In this document: positions 26,800 to 44,820 of the stretch, one piece after another | How positions within the stretch are numbered: the first letter of the stretch is position 1 | Layout: every line of letters starts with the position of its first letter | Assembly (NCBI RefSeq): GCF_009914755.1 | Contig: NC_060942.1 | Source of the DNA: the human T2T-CHM13v2.0 reference genome, Homo sapiens | Direction: 5' to 3' (one strand) | Length of the DNA stretch: 64,000 nt | The notes under the pieces: model-generated | Databases searched by the model: none | Seen by the model: the letters and a program-made list of their open reading frames with translations, nothing else | Told to the model about the DNA's origin: nothing | Translations under genes and position numbers: made by a program

Positions 26800-29270
26800 C
26801 TTTTAGCTACCAATCAACTGATTACTTCCTTATTTATTGAATAACTAGATTCCCCTTCACCACTTTTGCCATCATTCCTAATAACTTCAGCAAACTTGTA
26901 TGATCTATTCAACATGTTGTGTAGTTCCATTTCATCCTCATCTCTAAAATGTTTTTTCTCTACTTTCTTCAATTACCTACTCCCATGAGTTTGACCTAGA
27001 TCTTCATAACCAATACCTTCATCCCCAATTCAAACGTATAATCAAAAGTATAATTTTCTAGCTCACCAACTCAATTACTCACACTTCACCACTCCAGAGC
27101 TCCAGAGAAACTTTCTAATCCTTGATCTTACCAATTTTCACGTAAGCCAAATTCTCATGTATAATCTCTTTATATATAGAAAAAATATATAAAGACACTC
27201 TGTATATGTGTCTATATATACACACACATATATATATCTTACAAAATTACATGTTTAATTCATAAAATTAAATATATAGAGAGATTAAAAGGGAAGGAGG
27301 AAGGGGGTAGATCATAAAACAAAATTATAAAACATTCTTTAATACACAATTTTAAATATTTAAAAGCTAGAAATGGTAATTATTTTACTAAGTTTACTAA
27401 TGTGAAGGTAGGTAAAAGACTAGAGAGAAATGTACTTGGGGAGGAAAATGAAACAGCCATCTTTTGGCATGCTAGGTTTAAGCAATTAATCAAATATCCA
27501 AATGAAAATATCAAGTAACCATTGTATATTGTTACATTTATTTATATAGTACTATATATACACATTTATATATGTAAATACATATAAATATATAAATACT
27601 ATATACATATTGTACATACAAATACATATAAGTATATAGACATACTATATATAGTATTTATATATACAATGTATACATAAATACAATGTATTTACGTATA
27701 CAATGTAAAATATATATAAATACAATGTGTACATATACATTTATATACAAATATATAAATTATAAGTGTATATATATTATATATAAAATATAGATTTATG
27801 CATAATAAAATTTATATATAAAATTATAAATATAAATTTATATATATTATAAAATTTCTCTTAGTTTTAGATTTTACTCTAGATTTCATTCATTTTCTTT
27901 GTTTCTCTTTATAGCAAAACTCCTCACAGGCTGTGAGCATTTGCTGATTATACTTCCTTACTTTCTTTAGTCTTCTTAATCCATGCTGGGCTGGAGTGGT
28001 CTCCATGAGCCCATAATAGTCAGTCTTAAAAAATCCATAACCTGCCTCCTCTCAATTCCTATTTCCACTTCCCTGTCCTGGGCAAGTCAGACCCACAGAA
28101 GCACTCCTTCCTATTACTGCTTCTACCTGCGCACACTATTGTCCCTTGGTTTCCATGTGATATGTTCTCATGATTCTCCTCCTACCTCAGTAACTGCTCC
28201 TTCTAGGTCTCCTTGTAGTTGCTTTACTCTTTGACTCCTAGTTGCTTTACTACTTGCTCCTCCTAATTGCTTTACTCTTTGATTCCTAAATGCTAGAATG
28301 ATCCAGAGCTCAGATTTTGGCCTCACATTCTGTCTGTCTCTAGGAGCAATATCTCTCAGAGATTGTATGTAATCGCATTACTTTATAGACCATTCACTAC
28401 CAAATCAACAGCTTGATACCTGGAAATTCCCTGAAATTTAGATGATATAGTGCAATAGTGACTTGCTAACTTTATTGGATGTTTTCTATGCAGCTACAAC
28501 CTAGCATATCAAAATACGACTCTTTCCCAAATCATTAGTCTTAGTAAATATACTATAATTCACTAGTTATTAAAATTTATTAAAATGCCCCAACAATGAC
28601 ACCCAAGCAAAATTCTCATGTATAATCTCTTTCTTTTGCATTCCATAGCAAAGTCTGTGAACTCTTTATTTTTATCCATTCCCACGGTCATGACACTAGT
28701 TTTATCATTCAACTTCCACTGTTCTTATACTGAACCAAAATGGCCTTCTAAAATATATCTTAGGTCATATTACTCCACTGCATAAAACCTTCTGGTTATC
28801 TCTTAAGCCTTCAGAATTAAATTCAATCTCCTTTCCATGGCTTTCAAGCCTTCCACGAGGTGGTCTTTCTTACTACAACTACCTTATTCCCATCCTCCAA
28901 ATACAATCCAGGCACTTGAGACTTCTTTCTGTTCCTTGTTCTAGCCATAATTTGGAAGACTCTGTCACTACAGGATCCCACAGCTAGATCTTTCCCAGCA
29001 CTTTGGTCTTAATCCAAATGGCAGTGAAATCAGGTAAATATTTAGAAAGTGACTGGAGAGATATATATGCTAAACTAATCAAGGACTGCCTCATACCACT
29101 TCCCAATTTCATTGTGTCCATAGAACTTACCATGTTCTAAAGTTATCTTGCCTATTAATTTCCTTTGTTTCTATCTCTTGCTTCCCAACTGAAATATATG
29201 ATTCAGGACGAGAAGGCCATTGTCAAGACTGCCGATTGTTGAAACCTCAACACCTAGAACACGTAAACAT
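26800..29270 (+). mobile_element. Long fragmented L2 with an internal TA-rich tract
   Basis: L2 motifs (tatagcaaaactcctc, ggtcatattactccactgcataaaaccttctgg, cacctagaac). Tail resumes after the LTR12. Boundaries approximate. Confidence 0.6.
27520..27860. repeat. TA-rich low-complexity tract
   Basis: About 340 bp of tata/tatg/taca-type units. Confidence 0.9.
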
Positions 29271-29272
29271 AT

Positions 29273-30719
29273 TGAGAGGTGACAGCGTGCTGGCAGTCCT
29301 CACAGCCCTCTCTCGCTCTCGGCGCCTCCTCTGCCTGGGCTCCCACTTTGGCGGCACTTGAGGAACCCTTCAGCCCACCGCTGCACTATGGGACCCCCTT
29401 TCTGGGCTGGCCAAGGCCGGAGCTCGCTCCCTCAGCTTGCAGGGAGGTGTGGAGGGAGAGGCGCGAGCGGGAACCGGGGCTGCGAGCGGCGCTTGCGGGC
29501 CAGCTGGAGTTCCGGGTGGGCGTGGGCTTGGCGGGCCCTGCACTCGGAGCAGCCGGCCGGCCCTGCCGGCCCCGGGGAATGAGGGGCTTAGCACCCGGGC
29601 CAGCGGCTGCGGAGGGTGTACTGGGTCCCCCAGCAGTGCCCGCCCACCCGCGCTGCGCTCGATTTCTCACCGGGCCTTAGCTGCCTTCCCGCGGGGCAGG
29701 GCTCGGGACCTGCAGCCCGCCATGCCTGAACCTCCCACCACCTCCGTGGGCTCCTGTGCCGCCCGAGCCTCCTCGAGGAGCGCCACCCCCGCTCCACGGC
29801 GCCCAGTCCCATCGACCACCCAAGGGCTGAGGAGTGTGGGCGCAGGGCGTGGGACTGGCAGGCAGCTCCATCTGCAGCCCCGGTGCGGGATCCACTGGGT
29901 GAAGCCCCCTGGGCCCCTGAGTCTGGTGGGAGAACCTTTGTGTCTAGCTCAGGGATTGTAAATACACCAATCGGCACTCTGTATCTAGCTCAAGGTTTGT
30001 AAACACACCAATCAGCACCCTGTGTCTAGCTCAGGGTTTGTGAATGCACCAATCAACACTCTGTATCCAGCTACTCTGGTGGGGCCTTGGAGAACCTTTG
30101 TGTGGACACTCTGTATCTAGCTAATCTGGTGGGGAGGTGGAGAACCTTTGTGTCTAGCTCAGGGATTGTAAACGCACCAATTAGTGCCCTGTCAAAACAG
30201 ACCACTGGGCTCTACCAATCAGCAGGATGTGGGTGGGGCCAGATAAGAGAATAAAAGCAGGCTGCTGGAGCCAGCAGTTGCAACCCGCTGGCGTCCCCTT
30301 CCACACCGTGGAAGGTTTGTTCTTTCGCTCTTTTCAATAAATCTTGCTACCGCTCACTCTTTGGGTCCAGACTGCCTTCATGAACTGTAACACTCACCTC
30401 CAAGGTCTGCAGCTTCACTCCTGAAGCCAGTGAGACCACGAGCCCACCAGGAGGAACGAACAACTCCAGACGCGCCGCCTTAAGAGCTGTAACACTCACT
30501 GCTAAGGTCTACAGCTTCATTCCTGAGCCAGCGAGACCACGAACCCACCAGAAGGAAGAAACTCTGAACACATCCAAACATCAGAAGGAATAAACTCCGG
30601 ACATGCCGCCTTTAAGAACTGTAACACTCACCGTGTTAAGAACTGTAACACTCACCGTGAGGGTCTGCGGCATCATTCTTGAAGTCAGTGAGACCAAGAA
30701 CCCATCAATTCCAGACGCA
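29273..30719 (+). mobile_element. Solo ERV9 LTR (LTR12C-like)
   Basis: Starts tgagaggtgacagcgtgctggcag and ends ccagacgca, with a 4-bp TSD ATAT. GC/CpG-rich 5' part, repeated CCAAT units, gataagagaataaaagc, and 3' tandem ctgtaacactcac repeats. Confidence 0.96.
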
Positions 30720-30839
30720 ATATGATGCACTTAATAAGTAAAGAATAAATCAATTAATTGAACATTCTTTGGAATGTTTTCTCACTCTAGAATCAAGTTA
30801 AAGTTTTGTTCTGAAATTTCAAGGCCTTTCACACCAATT

Positions 30840-31209
30840 TGATACGGTTTGGATTTGTGTCCCTGCTGGAATGTAAAGTTGAACTGTAATCCCGGATGCT
30901 GGATGAGGGACCTGCTGGGAGGTGATTGCATCATGGGGGCATATTTCCCCCTTGCTGTTCTCATGATGGTGAGTTCTCACAAGATCTAGTTGTTTAAAGG
31001 TTGTGTGCAGCACCTCCCTCTTCATTCTCTTCCTCCTGCTCCAGCCACATAAGATGTGTTTGCTTCCTCTTCTCCCATGACTGAATGTTTCCTGAGGCCT
31101 CCCCAGTCATGCTTCCGGTACAGCCTGTGAAACCATGAGCCAGTGAAACCTCTTCTCTTTATAAATTACTCTGATGTTTCTTTGTAGCAGTCTAAGAATG
31201 ACTAATACA
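30840..31209 (+). mobile_element. MaLR solo LTR (MSTA-like)
   Basis: tgatacggtttggatttgtgtcc...ggaggtgattgcatcatggggg...agaatgactaataca. Confidence 0.88.
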
Positions 31210-31667
31210 ATTCTTTTTTTTTAATTTGATAACCTCAAGTAGGAGTAAGTAAATAGATCTAATGATTTCTAACATTTCATAAAATGTCAACAAAGCAAAT
31301 GATGGGATAATATTCATGGCTTCTAAGTCCAGCAGCATTCTCATCTCTATCAACTTCAAAAGACAGTGTTTCCAGAATGTCTTAACAGCAGTGTATCTTT
31401 TCCCTTCTTAAGATACCCTCAGGCCTTATATCTCCACTCCTATTGGCAGCAGTAGCTGCCTATAACTGCTGCCATCAGTGACAGCTCTTATTCTGTGAAT
31501 AACTTCTGGCTTACATTCTCTTATCAAAACTCCTATAAGCTGCTTCTCTTATAAGCGGCTCTTGGTATCAGGACTCCCAGGAGTGCTCAGACAATGCTCA
31601 CAGAATCCCTGTGACTTCCTCTCAGTTCATTCAGTCTGTAGCTACTCTATCATCTTTGCACTCACAC

Positions 31668-31891
31668 TAGTGCTTGCTTTCAAGCTTAGCACCACTAACA
31701 TTTGGGGTGGATGTTCATTGTAGGAGGCTTTTCTTTGCGTTACGAGATATTCAGCAGCATCCCTGGCCTCTCCCCACTAAACGCGAGGAGCACCCTCCCT
31801 AGTCGTAGCTACAAAAGATGCTTCAAGACACTGCCAGATTTCTTCTCTAGAGGGTAAAATCACCACTCCCTTTCTATGTTGAGAACAACTC
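31668..31891 (+). mobile_element. MER20 (hAT-Charlie)
   Basis: agcagcatccctggcctctccccacta...agacactgccaga...gttgagaac. Confidence 0.8.
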
Positions 31892-33522
31892 TAGTGGAAA
31901 ATTCACAGGAAAAGAATTTTTAGAAAATATTATCTTTCCTGATTTGCATGGAGAGATTCTCTCCTGTGCTATATCTACCTGTCTGTCTGCTTCTTCTTTA
32001 TTTTCTAAGGCAAAAGATGGCATTCTTTAAGATTAAATTATGTTTTGTTTCATTTTCTTTTCTTTTTACTCTATATACATCCTGAGTAATATGGTCACCC
32101 ATGGCTTCAGTATTAACTGAACTTCTGTTTTCTGAGGAAAACCTCCCCATACTCCTAGTATAGGTCATAGGGTTTGTTACACATTCTCATAAGCCTGTTG
32201 CTTTGTTTCAGAGCACTTACTTCGGGCTGTAAGCCTTATGTAACACATTCATGATTATGATACTGTTTTTATTAATATCTATCTCCCGCACAAGGCAGTA
32301 AGTTCTCTGAGAGCTGGACATACATTTTGTACAACCGCATATTTCAATAGAGCTCAGAGACACTAAATCCAGGCCCAGGAAAAACTCGGATTTCCCCAGG
32401 CTACACATAAAACATACTCTCTGAATAGCCGTCCTAAGATTATTTCTGACGATACTCACTTAGTTATTTTCAAAAAAACCCAGTAAGTCCCAATTCTGTA
32501 GACTCAGTCTTCTCCCAGTTGCAAGATTTATCTTGACTTAAAGCATTGAGTACTTTATCAATACCTTCACTCAAGAAAATGTGGCTCCTGTCTCTGCTAG
32601 GCTTAACCAGGATATATGAACTGCTGCTCATTTGTTTCATTTTTGTTCCCCAGGATATAGCACTTTTTCGATACTTGCATATAGATTTATAATTTTTATA
32701 CTAGATTCTCCTTTACTCTCTATTCTTAGAATCTGATTTAATTTGATCCAGTTGTCCTCATTTGAGTCTGCAACTCTTGTCCATAATCTGTTGCCTGTGG
32801 ACAGACATTCTAGTACGCTAATGGTCTTGCATTGTGAGTATGACTCACAACCTGACAAAATGTTTACCTACTAAGATACTCATTTTCTTTATCATGGTTC
32901 AAGCTTTATGACTAGGACTTTTGCCCTGTCTTAACATACACTGAAGGTCAGCACACCACAGCCTCCAAATGACCTTATGAGACAGGCAAGTCTAAAGAAT
33001 AGTTCTGAGTCTTCCCTAATGTCTCCTTATTGTAAAGAAATAAATTTGCTTCAAATATAATTTCAAAATATGGCAATTATATTCACATATAGTGCATAAT
33101 TAGATATTCACATTTACCAGCAAACACAAGGAACAATAGAAATTAAAAATAAACTGAGCATAAAAGTTATTTTATCCATGTAACAAATGTTAATTAATTG
33201 CTCATTGTTTACTTGCCACACACTACTCTAGGCTTTGGGATACAACAATGAACAAAATACAATATAATAATAATTATTATTATTATAAATACCTGATCTC
33301 AAGGATTGGTTCCACCAGTAACTCACTATAGAGTTGTAGATAAATTAATTTTTTTTTTAGATTCAGTTTCTTCACTTGTAAAATGGAGATTATCTAATTT
33401 GCATTGTTATTGGAAGGCTTAAATGAAACAATATATATGAAGCAACTAGTGTAGTGCTTAGAATAAGAAAAAGTCAGCAAATAGTCTTTTTTTTCAGTTT
33501 AAAAAAAGTTTTAGAAGATTCC

Positions 33523-33877
<355 letters not shown>

Positions 33878-34334
33878 TTAAACATGAGAAAATAATATAA
33901 TCCTAATTCTCTTAGTAGCATAAATAAATTTAGATGTAAAATATGGAGGTCTCCTCAGAAAATTTGACGTGATTATAATTTTATGCAAACCTGATACAAA
34001 CTGACTAAAGTAATAATCATTTTACAACTAAAACTTCTGAAAGTTATTTTTTCTTTTAAACAACAGGAAGAATTAATATTCACTTGTAGAGATTACTGTA
34101 CTTCTGGTATAGAAGAATAAGCTCCTAAAAAATGATCCTGTCATGACTAGATAACAAGTTCCTCCCTCTCAAGGGGGTCCTCCCCATTAGAGTCTTATAA
34201 GTACAGGATCTGCACCTGAGAAAATCGAGTGCTTCCATAATTGTTGTGGGCTCATGTACATTGCCTACCTCATCCACTTTAAATAGTTCTAGTCAATTTG
34301 ATGCTGAAAACCTTGACTCTTTCAAGGAAGAGGA

Positions 34335-35100
34335 ACAAAAGAAAGAAAGATTGAAAAGGAAGAGTAAAACTGTCTTTATTTGCAGACAACATCCTTGTGT
34401 TTGTAGAGAATCCTGAAAAATTATTAGCAATAAAAAATAAATGGATAATATTGCTGATTGCATGATCAACAAAATAAGTGTGCATCTATCTGATGGTAAT
34501 AAGCACATAAAAAATATAATAAATATATTATTTACACTAGCCTCAAAATATATACAATGTGTAACATACATGGTAGATACATGGAAAACTAAGAAATATT
34601 GTTAAAAGAATTAAAGAAGGCAAATAAATGAAAACATATTATCGTTACGATTGATGACTTAATGTTGTTAGATTAACTATACTTTCCAAATTAATTAGTT
34701 TCAACGCAAATCCAATCAAAATCCCAGTGGGCATTTTTGTTTTAAGAAATTGATAAGCATATTACAAAACAGAGAAAAGAAAAGGACCTAGAAAAGTACA
34801 AACAACCTTTAAAAAGGTGAACAAATTCAGAGCATGGCGCGTGTCTATCATCCCAGCTACTTGGGAGGCTGTACTGGGAGAATTCGCTTGAGCCCAGGAG
34901 TTCCAGGACAGCCTGAGCAACACAGAAAGATCTCGTCTCTAAAAAGCAAAACAAAACAAAAAAATAGAAAACAAAGAAAAGAAAAATAGAGGAGTGAATG
35001 TGAAGAAATTTGCTACCTGATTTTAAGACTTTCTCAAAAAGTAGAGAAATCTGGAGACTGTGATATTGATACAGAAATAGACAATGAGATTTATAGCTCA
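34335..35100 (+). mobile_element. Old L1M ORF2 fragment
   Basis: aaactgtctttatttgcagacaac...tagagaatcct; caatcaaaatcccagtggg. Confidence 0.7.
34828..34988 (+). mobile_element. Alu monomer (FLAM-like)
   Basis: Single arm tcccagctacttgggaggctg...cttgagcccaggagttccaggacagcctgagcaaca with an A-rich tail. Confidence 0.8.
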
Positions 35101-35143
35101 GTAAAAAACAAAAAAGGAATGTTAAAAATAGAAAAAAAAAATC

Positions 35144-35789
35144 TGTTAAAGACAAAAGCAAATTTAAAAGGGGGCTTAATTCTCTCTGTTGAATGTAAAG
35201 AAAGGGATTTCTTCCCCCTCCCTTCTTTAGAGCATTTACTTTAGAAAACTTGTAATTCTGTTATTTCCCTGTCTCTTTGAAAGGTATGCAAATCTTTTTA
35301 AATGCTAAATAAGCCTCTTGTCAGTTAAGCAAACCAGGAAAGTCTTTCTTAAAGCCCTTGAGGACCTCTGTCTCTTTGAAAGGAAAAGACCCCTCAGGGA
35401 AGACAGCGCCTCTCTCTCTTGTTTATGTGGTAGGATCAGAGCCTAACGGGCTGAGGCCTTGCTCCAAAACTACCGCCTGTCATAAAGATATGAGAAGTCT
35501 ATTTTTCCTTTGGATAAGCCAATTAGATACCATAGATGGTAACCCTAATTACCTAATAAATTTAGGAAAAGCTATGAGTGATAAATGGTGCTGTCAAATC
35601 CCTTTATTTGAGGACTAGTTTATCATGAGAACATGTATGTAATGGTTTGTATCTGCTTGGCTATATAAAAGGGTGATATTTTCTCTCTGCAATCTTTTAA
35701 CAGATTGCCTACGCGGGGAAAGTTTTCTACTTTGTGGAGAGGTTTTCTGGGTTTGGAAAATATTCGTTTCCTATTGTAATTTCCTAACA
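35144..35789 (+). mobile_element. ERV1-type solo LTR (MER34/MER39-like)
   Basis: tgtt...taaca ends, agagcatttactttagaaaacttgtaa, cctgtcataaagatatgagaag, TATA ggctatataaaagg. Confidence 0.7.
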
Positions 35790-35799
35790 GTACACACCA

Positions 35800-36340
35800 G
35801 GTCCTGCCACTCCAATGGCTGAAACTTAACTGTGGCTTCCAATGTCTCTTTGGTAAAGTCTTAAAGTTTTGCACTGACCTATAAGGCCATGAATAACATG
35901 GCTTTTCTTCCTTGGACAGTCACAGATCAAACTGATTTTTCCTTCATCCTCTATGCTCTACTCACATCTTCTATCTTGCACATTTTTCTAGAGAACCATG
36001 CTCTCTCTCACCTCTGCACTATTGCATGTAAACTTAGTTCTGTCTTGAACACTTGCCCCATAAGGAAATTATCACCAAACTAATATCTACCTATCCTTCA
36101 AAGCCCATAAATCTCAAATCCTATAAATATAATTTATCTGAGAAGCATTCCTTCCCCAGAAGAATTAGGTTTCCTTGCTTATGACCCTGTTGTATAACTT
36201 CTCCCATGTAGCATGTCTCAGTACATATTAATGTCTACTGTGCCTGCCAGACTATGAGAAGGTAAGGATCAAATCAGCTGCCTCCTCAGCATCTACCTGA
36301 GTGATATGCATTTGGCAACCTCTCGTGGAAGTTTGTTGAA
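35800..36340 (+). mobile_element. L2 3' fragment
   Basis: Motifs ctatccttcaaagccc and gactatgag, with tail gtttgttgaatg. Confidence 0.5.
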
Positions 36341-37499
36341 TGCAGACATGAATAACCTCATGAATAACCCCGTGGAGTAAATGAGATTGTTTGGAGTAAC
36401 CTGCTAGTCAGAAGTGCTGTTTTCATGCTCATAAAAGTCACTACAAACACATCCAGAGAACAAACATCTAAATTTCACAATATTTATTTTTCAAAATTCC
36501 CTCAATATTATCACTCACACCAGGTAATATGGCTAAGAATATTTGTTATTTGTAATAAATATGTAAAACAATCTAATGTCATGTTGGTATGTTCTGGCAA
36601 TACTTAAATATCAATATTCATAGACTTTCAACTATGCAGAAACTATTTGGTATCAGAGATGTGGTGAACATCTCTGTACCCATCATCACGTAACATTAAT
36701 ATTCAGAAAATTGCCACATTTTCTCAATGTGCTGGAAATTTTAGTGTGGTATAAGCACAGTCTCAATGATGTAGCCTGTGATTTCAATGGAAAAAGTAGA
36801 ATGTATATGTTCAAAGGAAATACTGATTATGATTCACAGCATCTTCTGCAGGGAGAATTTCTTCATGTTTGTATTTTGATTGTGGATCTGTAAGAGGATA
36901 ATTTTATAATTCATATTTTATTTACTTGGTCCTCATGATAAGAATGTCTCCAAAATGATGGTATTTCTACTTCATTCTGCTTGTTTGGTGAGTTTGGTGC
37001 GCAGAACTTGAAGGTAAAAGTAGGTACTGTAAATATTACTTGAACCCAACTATTTAAAAAGCTTAAAATATAAGTTAAAAAAAAACTCTTAAGCACTTTC
37101 TCCTAAAACATATTATATAGAAATATATAAAAGAACGTTCTGCCAAAGTAAACCAAATAACTCAGAATGAGGCATACAGAACAAGTATCATACCTTTATT
37201 CATTATATTTTTGGATATGTGCCAAGTCACTAGAACAGATTATAGGAGTAGCAAAATTCAGAAGTAGCCTTGGGACACTTTCTCACAGCTTTAACCTTAG
37301 TTTCTTTCCCCTGAGAAATGGATATATTAGTTTAGCTAATCAGCTAATAAATGTTTTGCTTTTCTATGTCAAATCCAGTTATAGGTGCTAAGTTCAGAAT
37401 ATACCAAGGGTTAATATGTTCTCCTGACTTGAACCATAAGGGTAAACTTTGATTCCAGAAAATATTAACTTGTTATATTCATTGAGGTCTAATTGAAAA

Positions 37500-37690
37500 G
37501 AAAGCAAGAAAGGGAAGACAGGGAGGAGGGAAGGAAGAAGGGAGGAAGGGAAGGAAGAAGAAAGGAAGGAAGGGAGGAGGGAAGGAGAAAAGGGGGAAGG
37601 AAGGAGGGAGTGAAGGAAGAAAGAGAAAGGAGAAAGAAAAAAAGGGGAAAAGAGAGAGGGAAGAAATAAGGAAGGGAGGGAAAGCAATGA
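37500..37690. repeat. Polypurine (GGAA/GA-rich) low-complexity tract
   Basis: About 190 bp almost entirely A/G. Confidence 0.92.
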
Positions 37691-38079
37691 AAACAATGCA
37701 AGAAAAAAGGTGAATTACATTTATAATTACTTTTATAAGGTTTATGATTATGGCTTAAAAATGAGTGTAAACTACAACATACTTAGTTCGTCTATGTGTT
37801 GTAATTGAAGAATTTAAAACTTCCTTTAAAATCCCAGCTGTACTAACCTTCACCCTTTCTGAGGTAAATTAATTATAGAGTAGAGTATGTGAGGGTCTTT
37901 GAGGTGAGACCGTAAAAACCAAGGTCTTGTCTGGTATGTGTGGGTATTAAACATCCCCTGGCACTCTCTCACAGAGCTAGAGCTAATCCTGGTGTGACCT
38001 TGATTAAACTTGTTTCTCTTCCATCTATGAATTGTAGCAGCCTCTGATGGCAGATTAGTTAACTCTGTATTGTGCATCT

Positions 38080-38272
38080 CATATGTATATATATATATAG
38101 GAAGTTTATACATATATTTATATATTAACTACACAGTATGAAATTATATATACAAGTATATATATGTGTGTGTGTATATATACAAGTGTATACATATATG
38201 TGTGTGTATATACAAGTGTATACATATATATATATATATATACATGTGTATATATTTGTATGCATATATATT
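38080..38272. repeat. (TA)n/(TG)n compound repeat
   Basis: Repeated tatacaagtgtatacatat units. Confidence 0.88.
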
Positions 38273-39729
38273 AACGTTGCAGGTTAACTGGAGAGCTACG
38301 TAGCACATCCAATACCAGCTTACCCGTAAGTCAACTTTAGATCGTCCCATAAATGGACATTGTTTGTCCTATAGCTTTATATTAAGAAAATTAACAGCTA
38401 CACAGATTTGATTTTTTTCAAAACATAAGATTCATGCATATAATCTATCAAGAATAATATCCCCATATTTTTAACAAAGATTAAATCCTGGTTTTTAGAG
38501 TAATCAAATACCTTATTTTCGAGGAATATTGAATAGTTTGAAGATTAAATAATCGAGGATCAGTGAATCTATGATTTTAGGCACTAGGTAAATTTAGTTT
38601 TGCCAAATTGAGAAAAATAGTGAGGCTATCTGCTTAAAATTTAAAAAAAGTTAAATCTCAATAATTAGGCCTGTGACTCATGAAAGACTATATTCTTTCA
38701 AGCTATACGTGGTTTAGTGCCCAGTAAATCAGTAAAGTTCAAGGAGTTCATCCATACATCTGTCAAATCCTATTAAATTTTTACTTAATTTAGTAGACAT
38801 GGTACTGTGAATAATTACAAATATTATCCATAAAGGAGAAAAAATACAACCCTTACAAAATATCACTGAAAAATGTTTCTTAGTCAATTTTTATTTGGCA
38901 CTTTCATTAGAAATTGAGACTTTGCAAATACCTGATTAAAATAATATGACTTTCCCACAGATTTATTTCATTAGTGGTGATTCTACAATATTTATATTCT
39001 TTTTGTTTGTTTGTTTTTAAAAAAGTTAACTTGATTAAGAAATGTAAATATCCTGATGTTGATCGAATGTTCTTCCAGTATAGATAATAAATCATGGATT
39101 CAGTAGAGTTAACGTTTTCTTATTTGAAATATGATTATTCATCATTCTTAATTGCCTTATACTATCTTTACTCTTACTACTCTTCCAAAAAGGTGTGCAA
39201 AAGAACTTTATAGATGAGTTATAGATGTCTACTGGCAACTTTACAAGGACCTTTTCAAATGGTAGTATAGTGTAGACTCAAACTTTATTGTAATCTCTAT
39301 AAGTTATATTAAAGGTCAAATTGAAACTATTTTGTGTTGAATAAGTAGTATATTAAATGACATATGGTCAGAGGCAAAAATCCTCTGGTTCAATATTTAT
39401 GGTATGCTGAAGTGCCATATAATTATATTCTCGAATTTGGGATTAGGTAGAAAAAAAACAAAGGTGAGTCATGGCTATTTGCTTCCCATTGCTTAATGCA
39501 CTCAGGCATTTCAGAAAGTTTGCAGGACCTAAATCTATGTTTTATGCCTATTTCATAGAGACCTTATTTGTGCTTTATTAACTAATCTGCCAGAAAAAAG
39601 GCCCTCAGCAAGAATTAAATATATTGGCACCTTAGTCTTGGAGGTCCCAGCCTTCAGGGCTGCGAGAAAATAAATATTGTATAAGCCAATCTATCTACAG
39701 TACTTTTTATAGCATCTCAAGCGAACTAA

Positions 39730-40410
39730 TGAAGTATAATATCTATTTCTGCATTATTTAACATATTTGAATCTTTATATTTAAATTGAATATCTTGTAG
39801 AGAACATATAGGTGGGTCTTATTTATTTTGATCCACGCTAGTAATCTTTTTTAATTGGCGTATTTAGACCCTTAACACTAAATTATTTATATAGGTGGAC
39901 TAATATCTACCATTGTTTGCAAATATTTTTTAGTCATTGCAATTTTTTTATCAGTTTTTTCTCTATTCTGGTTATCTCTTGTTTTCATTGAGCATTTCAT
40001 AAGATGCCTTTATAACTCTTTTTTTAGCACATCAATTTTACTTTAAAAAATTTATCAGAGTTCCTAGAGTTTAAAGTTTACATTTTAAACTTCTCTGACT
40101 CTACATTCAAATAACACTCTACTGCTTTATATGCAGTGCAGGTAGCTTATATTCCCAATTCCTCCCGCCCATTCCTTATGGCTTTGCTGTTATTCATTTC
40201 ACTTATTCATGTGTTATAATCATCTGATGCTATAATATTGTTAATATCATGACTTTCAACAAACTAAATTTTAAATCAATATAGAATAAAAAAATCTAAA
40301 AGATTTTATTTTAGCTTGATTAATTCCTTCTCTAATGCAGTTATATTATTTGATTCAAGTTTCTTACCTATATCATTTTCCTTTTCAATGAAAAACTTTA
40401 AACTTTTAAC
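39730..40410 (-). mobile_element. Old L1M fragment (continues at ~44850-45205)
   Basis: tcttgtagagaacatataggtgggtctt, ttaattggcgtatttagacc. Confidence 0.6.
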
Positions 40411-40415
40411 TTTTG

Positions 40416-44820
<4,405 letters not shown>

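Noticed and set aside
29279-29977. Overlapping ORFs up to 174 aa and a CpG-island-like region
   Set aside because: All lie inside the GC-rich part of LTR12, where stop codons are scarce. Not a gene.
29930-30660. Spaced repeats superficially like a CRISPR array
   Set aside because: Standard LTR12 internal tandem units in eukaryotic DNA, with no unique spacers or cas genes.
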